64,000 bases of DNA from Mobula birostris. Its lineage: Eukaryota. Made by a program: the position numbers and the translations under genes. The stretch lies in NCBI RefSeq assembly GCF_030028105.1, contig NC_092379.1:74325006-74389005 (forward strand), in the 5' to 3' direction. This document shows positions 49,936 through 61,599 of the stretch, one piece after another. The notes beneath the pieces were generated by a model that made no database searches, was not told the DNA's origin, and saw nothing but the letters and a program-made list of their open reading frames with translations. Each line of letters begins with the position of its first letter. Position 1 is the stretch's first letter.

Positions 49936-52069
49936 ACATCTTGAACTACTCCAAATCCTGACAGATTTGGTTGTTTGCTTACCACTTAATTTGTAGTTCC
50001 AAAATGATGAACAACATAAACTCCCAGAATCCTTTTCTGACCAGAGCATTGAATTAGTGCTCATACCTCACTTACGTCTTTTTGGTCTTCTTCACAATTC
50101 CAGGTAGAAGTTACCACTGCTCTGTGATTTGAATTCCTGAAGTTTGAGGAGCTTTTTGACAGCTTCTTGTCAAATATCATCTCCATTAACAGTTCTACAC
50201 CCACTTTTGCTGGTTAATCTATCCACCCACTCTGCGAAAACTATATGGAACTTTTATTTAATAATGTCCTTTTTGACAATTACACTTAAAATGAAATGTT
50301 TAATGTAAGATTTCACAATTTAAAAAGCAATGGCATACTTAACAAAAATACAGAGGTAAAATATTGGAGATACAGTTTGTACAATCTCTCAGTTCACTTT
50401 CTCAGAAATAAAACCAGGGTACAATCTCTGGGCTAAACAACATTAAGCTAAATTAAATCTTCTTTTGCTTACTTAGCATTAGTAAAACTCTGTAGCCTGC
50501 AGTGCATATCTTGTTCTCTTAACAACAAGCCTCTTCTTATTTGCAAGGTTTTTAATACCTAAACTGATATATTCTGCAGACTGCATATTGAGTACATTTA
50601 CTCATATAATAATTTACAATAATCTGCTATTTAATTACTAGAGAATCCCTGATGATTCAGCTTCAAGTTTACCTGCTAATGTTTGCAGAGCACTCTTCCT
50701 GTTCACAGGGACACAGTTTTCCCATGCACCCTATCCAGTTACCAACACCCTGCTTCATTTGTTCTCTTTCCATATACCAGGGTCCGATTTTCCATGATCC
50801 TTTCTATTCACTGGGGCTCCAGTTACCATGTTCTCTTTCCACTCACTAGGGAAGCTGAATTCTGCGCTCACCTTCAATTCCCCTGGTTTATTGGAAAGTT
50901 TATTTTCATCCCATGTAACATCTAAGAGTTAAAAGAAATTACATTCAGTAACCATCTGGAAGATCCACCATTCCAGCATCACCAAAGTCTCAAGTCAGCG
51001 TAGAAATGGAACCTTTGGCCCACTACATCCATGCTGATCTTTTTGCCCATCAACACTAATACCATTTGGCTGCATTGGAGCCTTATCCATCTATGCCTTG
51101 TTTATCCAAATATACTTGCTTAAGTATAACAATTACATCTGATACATTGTGGGTGCTTGTATTATTCTGCTGAACACTGTAGGCATGTTGTATCGGCGCA
51201 GGAATATGTGGGGACATTTGTGGGCTGTCCCCAGCACACCCCTGAGTTGTATTGGCTGTTAGCACAAACAACACATTTAGCTGTTTCAATGTACATCTGA
51301 AAAGTAAATAAATCTGAATCTAAACTTTAATGAACATGTCACAATGGGATTAGAAATCACAATGACTTTCTATTTCACATACAGACCACTATCAATAGAT
51401 ACATATTCTATTTTTATTTTTATTTCCATTCTATTATTTGTGATACAGTAATAGGAACAAAATAATTTATGTGGTTAATCAATTCTTTTCCTAGTTATAA
51501 ATAACTTGTAATCTCCCTCTATAATATTATTTTATATGCCAATAAGTTGGTATCCAAAACAGAGCTGCTTTTTTTATTTTGTGAGAGAGCTTTACTATAG
51601 ACAGCAGTTAGGCTATGTTTGATCTTGCCCTTACTTTTATTGGTTTCACTTATTCACTGAGTTTTATTGTTAAAAGGGCAAGATGTAGCAGATTTGTGAT
51701 GCTAAGTAAATAATGGATGGCTTCATACAACGTGCTACTACCGTTGAGGCAATAGTCCAAGCATTGTTCTGCTACAGCAGAATTAATATGCAGCACTATT
51801 TAGAAACCATTCATTTTATGGCACCTAAGTGGGACCAGTCTCTGTGGAACTGCAGTTTGCCAATGATACTTGTCTTTGTGCATCACAGAGTAAGCATGAC
51901 CGGATAGGGAAATGGAAGGTTATGGGCATTGTGTCGGTAGAAGGGATTAGTTTAGTTGTCCATTTGATTAGTAATTTAATTGATTTGGTACAATCTTGTG
52001 GCTGAAGGGCCTGTTCCCATGTTGTACTGTTCTATGTTCTAATTTATAGCTGACAGAGGAAGAGAAAGA

Positions 52070-52320
52070 ATAACAAGTCTCAAACTTGCTACACAACCCA
52101 TGGTCAATTGGGTAGTGTTGACCCCTGCCCTCTTATGTGCTTCCGGGACTTATGAGGGACCTCAAGGCACTGGAGAGAAGGTTACCTCCGGAAAATCCAC
52201 CATTTCAACTGGAAGGATAAGTGAATCAACATCCATGACCCCAGCAATGAGGCCCTCGTTATACTCGGCCTGTAACGATGAGCAAGCCACATTGTTCACA
52301 TGCCCTGCATTCAACACACA
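52070..52320 (+). mobile_element. RTE-type LINE C-terminal remnant
   Basis: VLTPALLCASGT resembles VLPTLLYGSET; LRKIHHFNWKDK; R*ASHIVHMP resembles RWAGHIVRMP. Confidence 0.6.
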
Positions 52321-52861
52321 TTATTCTGGGCACAAACTCATGGAGCTGAAGAAGCCTGATACCAGATCCCTGGATTTATTTATAGGATGGTGAATTCAGA
52401 GCCTACAGACTCTGTGTCTCTGTACTTCATGTTCTTATTTTTGTTAAGAAGGTCTTTTTTAAGTGTGAATTTGTATTAACATTAAATCAGATATGACTGA
52501 CAAGGAAGCACATGCATAAACACAAGTTCTATAAAATATGGTTTTCACAGAGTAGGTGGACAGTTGGATAGATTAACCGGTAGTGGTGGGTGTAAACCTG
52601 TTAATGGAGGTGATTATTTAAAGTGAATTTGCCTAGAATCTCCAAAACCTTTGGATGATCAAAGCATAGACCCCTGAAATCTTACACCCAGCAATTGTGA
52701 GGAAAGGCAGGGTCCCAACACAACTCTAGCAGGAGAACTGAACCTACGCTCTGCCTTTCAGGCAGTGGTCCAAAATTCTGTGTGCTTTTCTGCTTGTCAC
52801 TTTGTAAAAACTAATTAAGTTATATTCTTATCAAAGTGTTGCAGAGTGACAATCAATAATG

Positions 52862-53291
52862 TGTTGTAACAAGAGCAAAGTTACCGGAGAGACACTGAAG
52901 TTTGTGGATACGGAAGTGTTTTATTCAACAAAAATGTGAAGCAGGTATCATACTGAGGCACTCTTGGAGGAAGAGACCTGCCCGATCCAATATTACATGA
53001 CATTTTATATGCTGAAGATCAAAGGTAACAGCAGGACAACTCAATAGTTACAATGTATGCACAATGCTTCCTTTGAATATTCAATCCCTCCTTTGCACCC
53101 ACACTCCAGACACCCAAAATGAATGTTAATCAGCATTGTTTGGTTTTCAATCAGCTGGCGTTCACAGCTCCAGGGAATTTGTTTAGGGATGCATTTTAAA
53201 TTTAATCTACAATCCATGTTCATGTCTGAAGAATGGCTGCGGTTAAACTTCATATTCTTATATGCCCTAACTCCAGAATATTGTTGTGACA
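52862..53291 (-). mobile_element. Solo LTR (430 bp)
   Basis: TGTTGTAACAA...TTGTTGTGACA termini. 4-bp TSD AATG (52858-61, 53292-95). Minus-strand TATAAAA (~53006) and AATAAA (~52922). Confidence 0.85.
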
Positions 53292-53295
53292 AATG

Positions 53296-55300
53296 CTTGT
53301 CAGGATCTTGACAACTAGTCTCTCAGACCCTCTCATCGGTGTACAGGAGGGATTGGGGTGGTCTCCATTTGAATGATGGCAATTCCCTATCTCGGTGGCA
53401 AACCCTTCAGGACTGTTCAGCTGATTACTGGCCCAATGTGTGTCATTTCTTTTCTTGCTCGGTCTGCCACACCATTGCAATTGTGGAAACTGATGTTGCT
53501 GCTGTAACTCAGATGCCATCCCATCTATTTTCCCCAAATGTTTTGCTATGCGACTAATCATCTGCCTTCAGCACGCAGCCTTCATTACAGAGTACAGATA
53601 CTGTTATACTTTAATATGGTGTTCACGGCTTTCTTTCGCGCTCTCTCGGTGAACTCTACTTTCATGTTTGCTGTGGGTCTGTGTCCATCAGCTCTGGTCG
53701 GATCTCATGCAGCCGGCTGGTGTTCTTCACTTGGTTCTCTGCAATTAAATGACACTGTTACTGGGAACACTTGATCTCTTGCTCCATCTGTGAGGATGAC
53801 AAGAAGGTGAGTCATTCGGTTTAACCTGTATCCATTGTTTCCACTGGCTGCCTCGCAGGAACTGCTCACCAACACATGGTCATTCATCCAGAGCACCGCC
53901 TGTGGTTCCATCCACCTGGGAGTGAAACCGGCTCCCTTACCATGACTTGGTCACATGGCTGTGGGAGGACTATCTTCTCTCTCTCTGGCTCTCTCCGATC
54001 TGCAATATATCACTGCTATTTGCTCGAGCCCTCAATGTGTTACCATAGTTACAGTGGTCCTTCACTTCTCCATGTAATCCTACTAATTTGGTGTTTGTAC
54101 TTTCTTTCACTGTTCTCCTCACACTGGTGTCTGCCCACTTGTTCCCTTTCTGCTCCTTACTGTCCCCTTTCTGGTGAGTCTTTACTTTCATCTCAGCTCC
54201 CTCCTCAGGCAGCTGCACTACTAACAACTCCTGGCTGTTCTTGGCCCAACCCTTGGGACCTCCTGACATGATTTCCTCACATCACCCTGTCTCTCCTCCA
54301 TGCTTGAGGCTGCTGTCTCTCTGTGCGCCATGTTAGCTGCTTTGCAGGTCATACATGTTCCCTGTCCCTGTCTTGTCCATGTTATTTCTCCTTTTCCTGA
54401 GTCTATCATTGCTCCTGCCTTGCTCAGTGTGTCTACCCCCAGGACAGAATCTTCATTGTTTGGGCACACCCAAAAATCTACAGGAATCTGCACTCCCTCA
54501 ATCTCGGGTACGTGGGGCTGACTTCTCTCTGCCCTCATTGTTTCATCTCCTGCACTGGTAATGTAAATCAGCTCTCCAGTCATGGGCAAAGGTAGATCAG
54601 ATATCGATACTGATGACCCTGTGTCCACTAACATTTCACATTGCTGGCCCTCAAATAAACCTCTTGTGTACCTCCGTGGATGACCATCCGAGGCTGCTGT
54701 CAGCCATTTGGCTAACTTCACCAGCTCTATAATCTGGTCAGCAGTCAAAATCAGAAAGAGAGGGCGCTGCTGGATTCTGCCTGCTTTGGTGAGTGATTTT
54801 CACACTTAACCCTCTTTTCAGGACACTAGTTCCAATCATGGCCTGAGAAGCTGCAGCTTGAACAAATTATCTCCTTTACTCTCCCACTTCAATTCCGGCA
54901 GCTCCTTGCTACATGCCCCAGATACCGGCACACATAGCAAGTCCTCTGTGACATCACAGCAGCTACATTCACTACAGCCACTGTACGACTTCTCTTTCCC
55001 CTCCTCTGGTCTATCTTACTGGCCCAGGATACTATTCCAGAGTAGGTCTATCCCACCGCTATCCCCAAATCTAAAACTTCCTGGTGGGTTGAGGTCAGGC
55101 CCTCCTTCAGTATCTTCAGGAAGACTGAATCATCCCTCCCTGGATTATCCAACTCTGAATACTCATACACTTGATATTTACATTCTGCACCATTCATGGC
55201 TGGCTCATCATCTCTCTGAACCACTGACATTATTGTTTCCCAGTTACTTTCACCTCCCCCCAGTCACTGCCTCACCTCCTATCTCCTTTTGATATTTTCC
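53296..55300 (-). pseudogene. Decayed LTR-retroelement/ERV internal block B: capsid C-terminus, two CCHC knuckles, protease, probable integrase tail and env N-terminus
   Basis: FLKILKEGLT (capsid-like). CYVCRYLGHVARSC at ~54897-54938 and CSSCSFSGHDWN*C at ~54824-54865. MLVDTGSSVS...VLGVDTL retropepsin in ORF 54221-54748. DQVMVR at ~53945. Confidence 0.8.
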
Positions 55301-55870
55301 AACACTATGAACCTAACTGTTCAATTAATAAATATTGGAAAAGCTCTGGAGGCTTATTCCACACCAGCCAGAAATTTGGAGTGATGTCAAGTTGAACAAC
55401 ACTTGCATAGGTCTCTTTCCCGGTACTAGAACAGTTTGTTTTCCTGTTTCCTCTAAAAAAAAGTCCTACTCCCTTTGTATTTTTCTGAACCTCATCTCAC
55501 AACGACGGACCAGTACAATTGGCAATGCAGTGGTTGTGGTATCAGTTGTTGACTACACCAAGGGGTAAGGTATATGCAGAAGATCTTGAGGCTCCCAAGC
55601 AACAGAGATTGAGTTACCTGTCGTACGTGCTAACCCATGATCTCATTTCTGATTTGCGTCCATGTCAGTATTATCATTACATTCACAGTGAAGTTGTACT
55701 TGGGTTCTAAGTCCTTTCTTTCTAAAGCAGCACCCCAAAAAGCACAGGACTTCTTAACATTATCCTAATTCTCCCATCATTTCCCCATATTACCATTATT
55801 CAATCATGATTATCAACAACCATCGGCCTCATTTCCTCTACAAAATCCCGTATCAATTCTTCATAAATTC

Positions 55871-56149
55871 GGTACGGCACAGTAGTGTGGTGGTTAGCAC
55901 AACACTTTACAGTACCAGTGACCTGGGTTCAATTCTCGCTGCTGCCAGTGTGGGTTTGTACATTCTCCCCATGACCACGTGGGTTTCCTCTGGATGCCCT
56001 GGCTTTCTCCCACTGTCCAAAGATATACCGGTTGGTAGTGCAAATTGTTCTGTGATTAGGCTAGGATTAAGTTGGGGGATTGCTGGGTGCAGTGGTTCGA
56101 AGGGCCAGAAGGCCCTAGTCTCCACTGATTTTGAATAATAATAAAAAAA
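55871..56149 (+). mobile_element. tRNA-derived SINE (HE1/V-SINE-like)
   Basis: A box TAGTGTGGTGG 55883-93, B box GGTTCAATTCT 55926-36. Core tttgtacattctccccatgacc..gtgggtttcctctggatgc...ctcccactgtccaaaga. A-rich tail. Confidence 0.85.
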
Positions 56150-56377
56150 TCGTACTACCATTTCACCTTCCTCATCCACATAATCTACTGCCGTGGCATC
56201 CGATGAAATTGAATGAATATTGTGAATAGTCTATCCATTGCCAACCTAATCTTCATACCTTGTATCTGTTCAAATGAATATTCAACAGACTTTATTGTAG
56301 GACACGTAACCTTCAATAGAGCTGTCAACTATCATGAGGCCACTCAGCAGTTGTATTCCAACACCAATTATTTCAAA

Positions 56378-57243
56378 CACAGAAGATTCAAAGCACATTT
56401 ATTATCAAAGATTGTATAAATTATACACTTCGAAATTTGTCTGCTTATAGACAGTCACAATGCAAGAAACTTGTCTAACCCAATTTTAAAAAAACACTGC
56501 ACAGACAGAGAGAGAGAAAAACACACTGTGCAAACAATAGAAGGGAGCCAACAGCATCCCGATCCAGACTGAGTCCCAGATCCGCTCCTGGAGCAGCCCG
56601 AGTAGGCCCACGTCAAGCCTCAGTCCCTGGTTTTCACACCAGTGGGGCAGAAATGCACAGCGGGCAGAAATGCACAGCAGCCAGATCACAGTCTTGGCGC
56701 TGCGGAGAAAGGAATGAACATTCACGGGAGAGCGAGCAAAATCAGCCGGACGGTTATCTTTTCTTCACATCTTCTGCCAGCCTGTTGTCGCCAGTACATT
56801 CTCCACTACACAATGGTGTGCTGGGGCAATGGTATCAACATGGGTGATGCCCACAGGCTAAATAATCTGATTAGAAAGGCTGGCTCTGTTACAGGAGTCA
56901 AACTGGACACACTGGAGGCTGTGGTAGAACAAAGGACCCTACAGAAAATCCTGGCAATTTTGGACAATGTTTCTCACCCTCTGCATGCCATCTTGGCTGA
57001 ACAGAGGAACATTGTTAGTAGATTAAAACAACTGTGCTGTTCCAAAGAGCTCATTCTTACCCTTGGATTTTAAGCTCTATAATTAGTCAGTCTCTAGTTG
57101 GGGAAGTGATGACCTACTTCTGTTAGACTGTTTGAGGTAACTTTTTTATTCTTTCCTAGTTCACGCTAACATTTGTATATCTGTGCACTTGTAATGCTAC
57201 TGTGACACTAATCTCCTTTGGGATCAATGAAGTATCTATCTAC
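56378..57243. mobile_element. Two abutting LINE 3' ends (minus 3' UTR ~56378-56755; plus Rex1 ~56762-57243)
   Basis: VCWGNGI..DAHRLNNLIRKAGSVTG..AILDNVSHPLH with a tcaatgaagtatctatct tail. gattcaaagcacatttattatca is a reversed tail. Confidence 0.75.
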
Positions 57244-57649
57244 CTCTGTACTCAACACTTGGGCTCCCAGTCTACCTGTGCCGTCGTTCACATTGTCCAA
57301 GCACCGAGTAGTTCCACGTTCTAGGACCTTGATCCCAGCGCCCCGATATGCCTGGGTTGCCCTGCCTGAAGCCATCTCGAACGCACCAGATCAGCTCAGC
57401 ACTTGGAGTGATCCAGCCTCATATCGGGGGTAGGTGGAGGGGCATTGAAACTCTGCCACATTGGCCGCTCTCTAAGTCGCTCCCTCCATCTCCGACAGTG
57501 ATACCAACTCCATCTGTGAACCTGGCCGCTTGAACAATTTGTGTGTCGCAATGTCCCAGCGTGGCTCATCTTCCGAATCAGCCTGGTCTCTGCTTGCCTC
57601 CTCACTGCCTGTGGCGATAGTTCACCACAACTTGCTTCATGAAAGATGC

Positions 57650-58480
57650 CATAAGGAACGTTTTTATTCGATTCTTATTGTCTTATGATATACCAGTAGA
57701 CTGTTGTACATCTTCGGTTGCACCATCTTAAACCAGAAACAACCAGAGTGTGTTTACATTACTTCAGTGTGTTTAGTCCATTGATAGATTATAATCTAAA
57801 CATTCTCATCTCCCTTGCCTCCTTCACAACACACGTTCAGTCTGCAGTCAAATGATGAATCAGTGGCAACTCAGTAACAACACAGTCCCACAAATATTGA
57901 TCTGTATCACTGCATTGGATTGTGAGGTTCTCCTTTGTTACCCTATTTACTGCTGGCTCAGACGATGTTTGTCCTCCAATAGCCAGATCCAAGATCAAGT
58001 TCCTTATTGTGAAATTGTGACTTTCCAAAGGCATTGTTTCCATCCCTTGGTATAACTTGTGTCTGCTATTGCTATATAACATGTCTGTCCCACCAGTGCA
58101 TATTCTAAGGGAGACTGATTACTCACAGGTGAAGTAGCCAATGAACAATATTCATGAATGCTAAAACTACAATGTGCAAGTTTCTGCTTTGTTATTTCTT
58201 CCAGGCAAAACCGCTGGTCTCCCTGTTGATGGCATCTTGATAGTCCTATTCCTTTCCCAGTACCATTCATAACAATAGCCTGTGTTGGTGGGTTACTTAA
58301 GAATCTCCAAGTATACTCATGATATTTGCTCACACTGTGAACCTTTTATCTCTGCTATCCCCTGTATAACATTCTCCTGTGTACAGTTAATAACAAATGA
58401 AGCATCCTTTGGAAAATCCTTGGCTGTAACCACCCAAACAGATATATCTCGAGTAAGTCACTGCCCCACTCACACTCACA
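57650..58480 (-). pseudogene. Decayed env-like (Cys-rich fusion-protein-like) segment of provirus A
   Basis: GIGLSRCHQQGDQRFC...HCSFSIHEYC...QTCYIAIADTSY..KQC / NFT...ELPLIHHL. N-glycosylation sequons (NGT, NQS, NFT, NLT). Downstream of gag on the same strand. Confidence 0.5.
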
Positions 58481-58499
58481 TGAGTGTGATCCCACAGAA

Positions 58500-59737
58500 C
58501 TGTAATCTTACCTTGGCCATTGTTACCCGAGGGCTGCTCAGTAACTGGACCGAAAAACAGACTAGTATTCCCTCTGGGATGCTTGATGTGAGTTTTCACC
58601 TTTATGACTGTGTTCTTTTATCCTCACATACAGTATATTCCACAGCTGGCTCGCCTCACATCACCCTGTGCAAGCGAGGAACCTCCTACAAAAAAAAAGG
58701 GTTTGCTTTGTTTGTGTCTGTGTTCTCGGGTACTGCTTTCTGATCTCTTACCTCCTCCCCCATTATTATTTTTAAATAAATAGTCCCTTGGGATCATTTG
58801 TTATCATATCCTGACACCCCTGTGGTTCTGCAGTACAATGAGGATTATCTGCAAGGAAGGTAGAAACTTTAATACCCTTTACAACTCCATTCCAACCCTG
58901 CAGTGACAAGGCTATAGCACTCAATTGAACCCTGTCAAAAAGGGCAGAATACCTTATTACAACTGGTTCTCCGGGATCTGGTGTCTTCCGAACTTATCAT
59001 GGGTGCCACTGGGGCAGTGGGTGTTAAAGGTTTCACCCTCTCTTGAAAAACTCCATAGGGAGGTGGGCCACTTCCCCAGTCAAATTTAAGATTATAGTGT
59101 ATCACTTCATATGCTAAGTTACCCCAACCTATATCAGCATCATCGTTAGTCCTCATCCCAAATTCACATTTTACTTCTCTCTGAGTTGAGAGTTAACTTT
59201 GCAGCTTTTTGATCTGTTTTAAACACCAGGTGTGATTAGCGCTGCCTTTCTTCTCAGCTGCTGAGTTCTGTACGATATTCACAGCAGTCTGTAAATACTG
59301 ATGATGACTTTTCCATTTCTCCACTCCTGTATTCACCTTTTTACACTCCTCTTCACTTTCCTCCTTTTCTCTTTTCAAATGTTCACACTAAGCCTGGAAA
59401 TGAATCATCTATCAAATTCGCATAGCCCTGCTCCTCAGAATTTCATTTACTTTCCTCTCTCTTTCTCTCTGTCTCTAACTCTTCCCTATACTTACACTTC
59501 TGTTTTGCTCTCTTCACTTCAATTAGATCTTCCAGTATAAATCCCATCATAGCAAATTTTAAATCTCTCATATTTTCTTTGATTCCTTTTCATTAACTGC
59601 TTTCCACAACGCATCCCTGGCCCTCCACTCTCAACTCCTCATAGTCAGGCTATTTTCTTAATATATAACTAAGAAGGTATTCTCTCCAATCCCCTCCGAA
59701 CTTCTTGTGTGTTCTTCTTGTCCTTCCCTCTTCCCAT
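58500..59737 (-). pseudogene. Decayed gag of provirus A
   Basis: ATG GGA (MGRGK) at 59737 just after the PBS. Coiled-coil-like EKEESEEECKK...NHTWCLKQIKKLQS. PPPY 59055-66, PTAP 59010-21, then capsid-like YSAPFDRVQLSAIA. Confidence 0.72.
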
Positions 59738-59806
59738 TTTAATATCCTAACCTAATGGGTGGTTCAACTCGAAACTAGGGTCCCAGGCCTCTATTCTTCT
59801 AGCTAT

Positions 59807-59826
59807 GAGTCCACCCAGGGACACCA
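59807..59826 (-). promoter_or_regulatory. Primer binding site, tRNA-Asn
   Basis: Minus strand TGGTGTCCCTGGGTGGACTC, 5 nt from the LTR end. Matches the complement of the vertebrate tRNA-Asn(GUU) 3' end (GAGCCCACCCAGGGACGCCA, from memory) at 18/20. Confidence 0.85.
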
Positions 59827-59831
59827 AAATA

Positions 59832-60642
59832 TGTTGACTATTCCTCGACAGAACTAGGTTAGGAAACTCACTATGCAACTCTTAATTAATCAAAACTCAC
59901 ACTTTATTGTGTCCACACACACAACAATGTTGACCCCAGGCAAACAACTTAGGACATGAATTCTCCTGTTCCCATTGTACCAATACTCACTCAGACTGCT
60001 TTTCCAATTTATAACATTAAAACAGGGGATCACCCGTAGGCCAGAAGATTGAGCCTTTCTTCTCCCAGACCCTGGCTTGGGAATTCTTTCTTGCGATGAT
60101 TAATCTCTGGAGTTGTAGTGACCTTTGCATTTGAAGCTCCTTATTTTAAATACTTCTTATCAGTTCAAATTATCCACCTCGTTCTTGTAGGCCTGAGGTC
60201 ATCTGACTCACCTATAATACCTCCCACTGGATATAGTCCAAGAATAACACAACTTCATGCCTTAGGTGACTTCTTTTATTTTCTTTGACTTTGGTTCAAA
60301 CCAGTCAAACCAGATCACTCAGGTACTGGGCCAAGATAACGAGACTACTTTGGCAAACCTGCCATTGTACAGTTTATCTGAGAATGATCTCTAGTTTAGC
60401 AGGTCAATAGCAGAAACTCCTTGTGTCCAGGTTCAATTGTTCTGGTTAGATTACCACAGAGCAAGAATCAATTCTCAAACAGTTCACAAGGTGGAACTTA
60501 CAGAGCAGCTTCAGAAAATGGCAGCCTCCATTCCTTCAACCATATAGTAAGAACAAAAACAATTGGTTTGTTTACTTCCACTGTCCTTCACCCATTCGAG
60601 TTCGATGTTTCCTTCCATATTTTAATTCCTCCATGGCCAACA
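59832..60642 (-). mobile_element. 5' LTR of provirus A (811 bp)
   Basis: TGTTG...CAACA termini, minus-strand AATAAA at ~59905, adjacent PBS. Right flank 60643-60745 is a minus-strand Rex1 RT piece (RIGSNTS...GCILSP). Confidence 0.85.
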
Positions 60643-60745
60643 GAGGGAGTAATGGTTGGGGCTGAGGATGCAGCCTAGTGAGGCAGCAATTTTGAGGGTA
60701 GTCATGGTGGAGGTGTTGCTGCCTATTCTTAGTCACTGCAGTCTG

Positions 60746-61524
60746 TTGGTTAAGAAGTAGTGCAGACTATTATCTAAATGGGGAGAAGGTTCAAACATCA
60801 GAGGTGCAGTGACTTAGGAGTTCTCATGCAAGACTCCCAGAAGGTTAATTGACAAGTTGAGTCTGTGGTAAAGAAGGCAAAAGGAATGTTGGCATTCATT
60901 TCAAGGGGAATATGAATATAAAAGCAAGGAGATAATGCTGAGCCTTTATAAAACATGAGTCAGGCCACACTTGCAGTATTTTCAACAGTTTTGGGCCCCA
61001 TATCTCAGAAAGGATGTATTGTCATTAGAGAGAGTCCAGAGGAGGTTCACAAGGATGATTCCTAGAATGAATGGGTTAACATACAAGGAGTGCTTGGCAG
61101 CTTTGGGTGTGCACTTACTGGAATTTAGAAGAATGTCGGGGGACCTCATTGAAATCCACCGAATGTTAAAAGGACTCAATAGGGTGGATGTAGAGAGGAT
61201 GTTTCCTCTGGTGGGGGTATCCAGAATTAGAGGGTACAGCCTCAGATTTGAGGGGTGACCTTTTAGAACTGAGGCAAGGAGGAATTTTTTTAGCTGGAGA
61301 GTAGTGAATCTGTGGATTGCTCTGCCACAGACTGCGGTGGAGGCCAAGTCCGTGGGTATATTTAAGGTGGAAGTTGATAGTTTCCTGATAGGTTAGGGAA
61401 TCAAAGGATATGGCGAGAAGGCAGATGTATGGGTGGAGTGGGATCTGGGATCAGCCATGCTGGAATGGTAGAGCAGGCTCAACGGGCTAAATGGCCTAAT
61501 TCTGCTCGTATGTCTTATGGTCTT
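60746..61524 (+). mobile_element. CR1 LINE 3' end
   Basis: QFWAPYLRKDVLSLERVQRRFTRMIP...GDLIE. Tail gtcttatggtctt. Confidence 0.92.
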
Positions 61525-61599
61525 TGTAGGTAAAAAATGAAACCAAATCATTAGAAAAAGGTGACATTGGGTCATAAAGTGTTGAATCATTCTGGGTAG

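Noticed and set aside
52100-52393. 97-aa ORF with a signal-peptide-like start
   Set aside because: Explained by frameshifted RTE LINE motifs.
52442-52851. Another solo LTR (TGTTAAG...GTGACA)
   Set aside because: No TSD. It may instead be a continuation of block B; unresolved.
55871-55945. tRNA gene
   Set aside because: A and B boxes continue into a SINE core and A-rich tail, with no full cloverleaf.
58282-58743. 153-aa plus-strand ORF
   Set aside because: Antisense to the gag/env-like region, no ATG start and no recognisable domain.
59807-59826. tRNA-Asn gene
   Set aside because: Only the 3' 20 nt including CCA is present, next to an LTR. This is a PBS.
46803-60642. One 13.8-kb provirus bounded by the two related LTRs
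   Set aside because: The LTRs are too divergent. The left one has its own TSD inside a CR1, the right one abuts a Rex1 fragment, and the outer flanks do not match.
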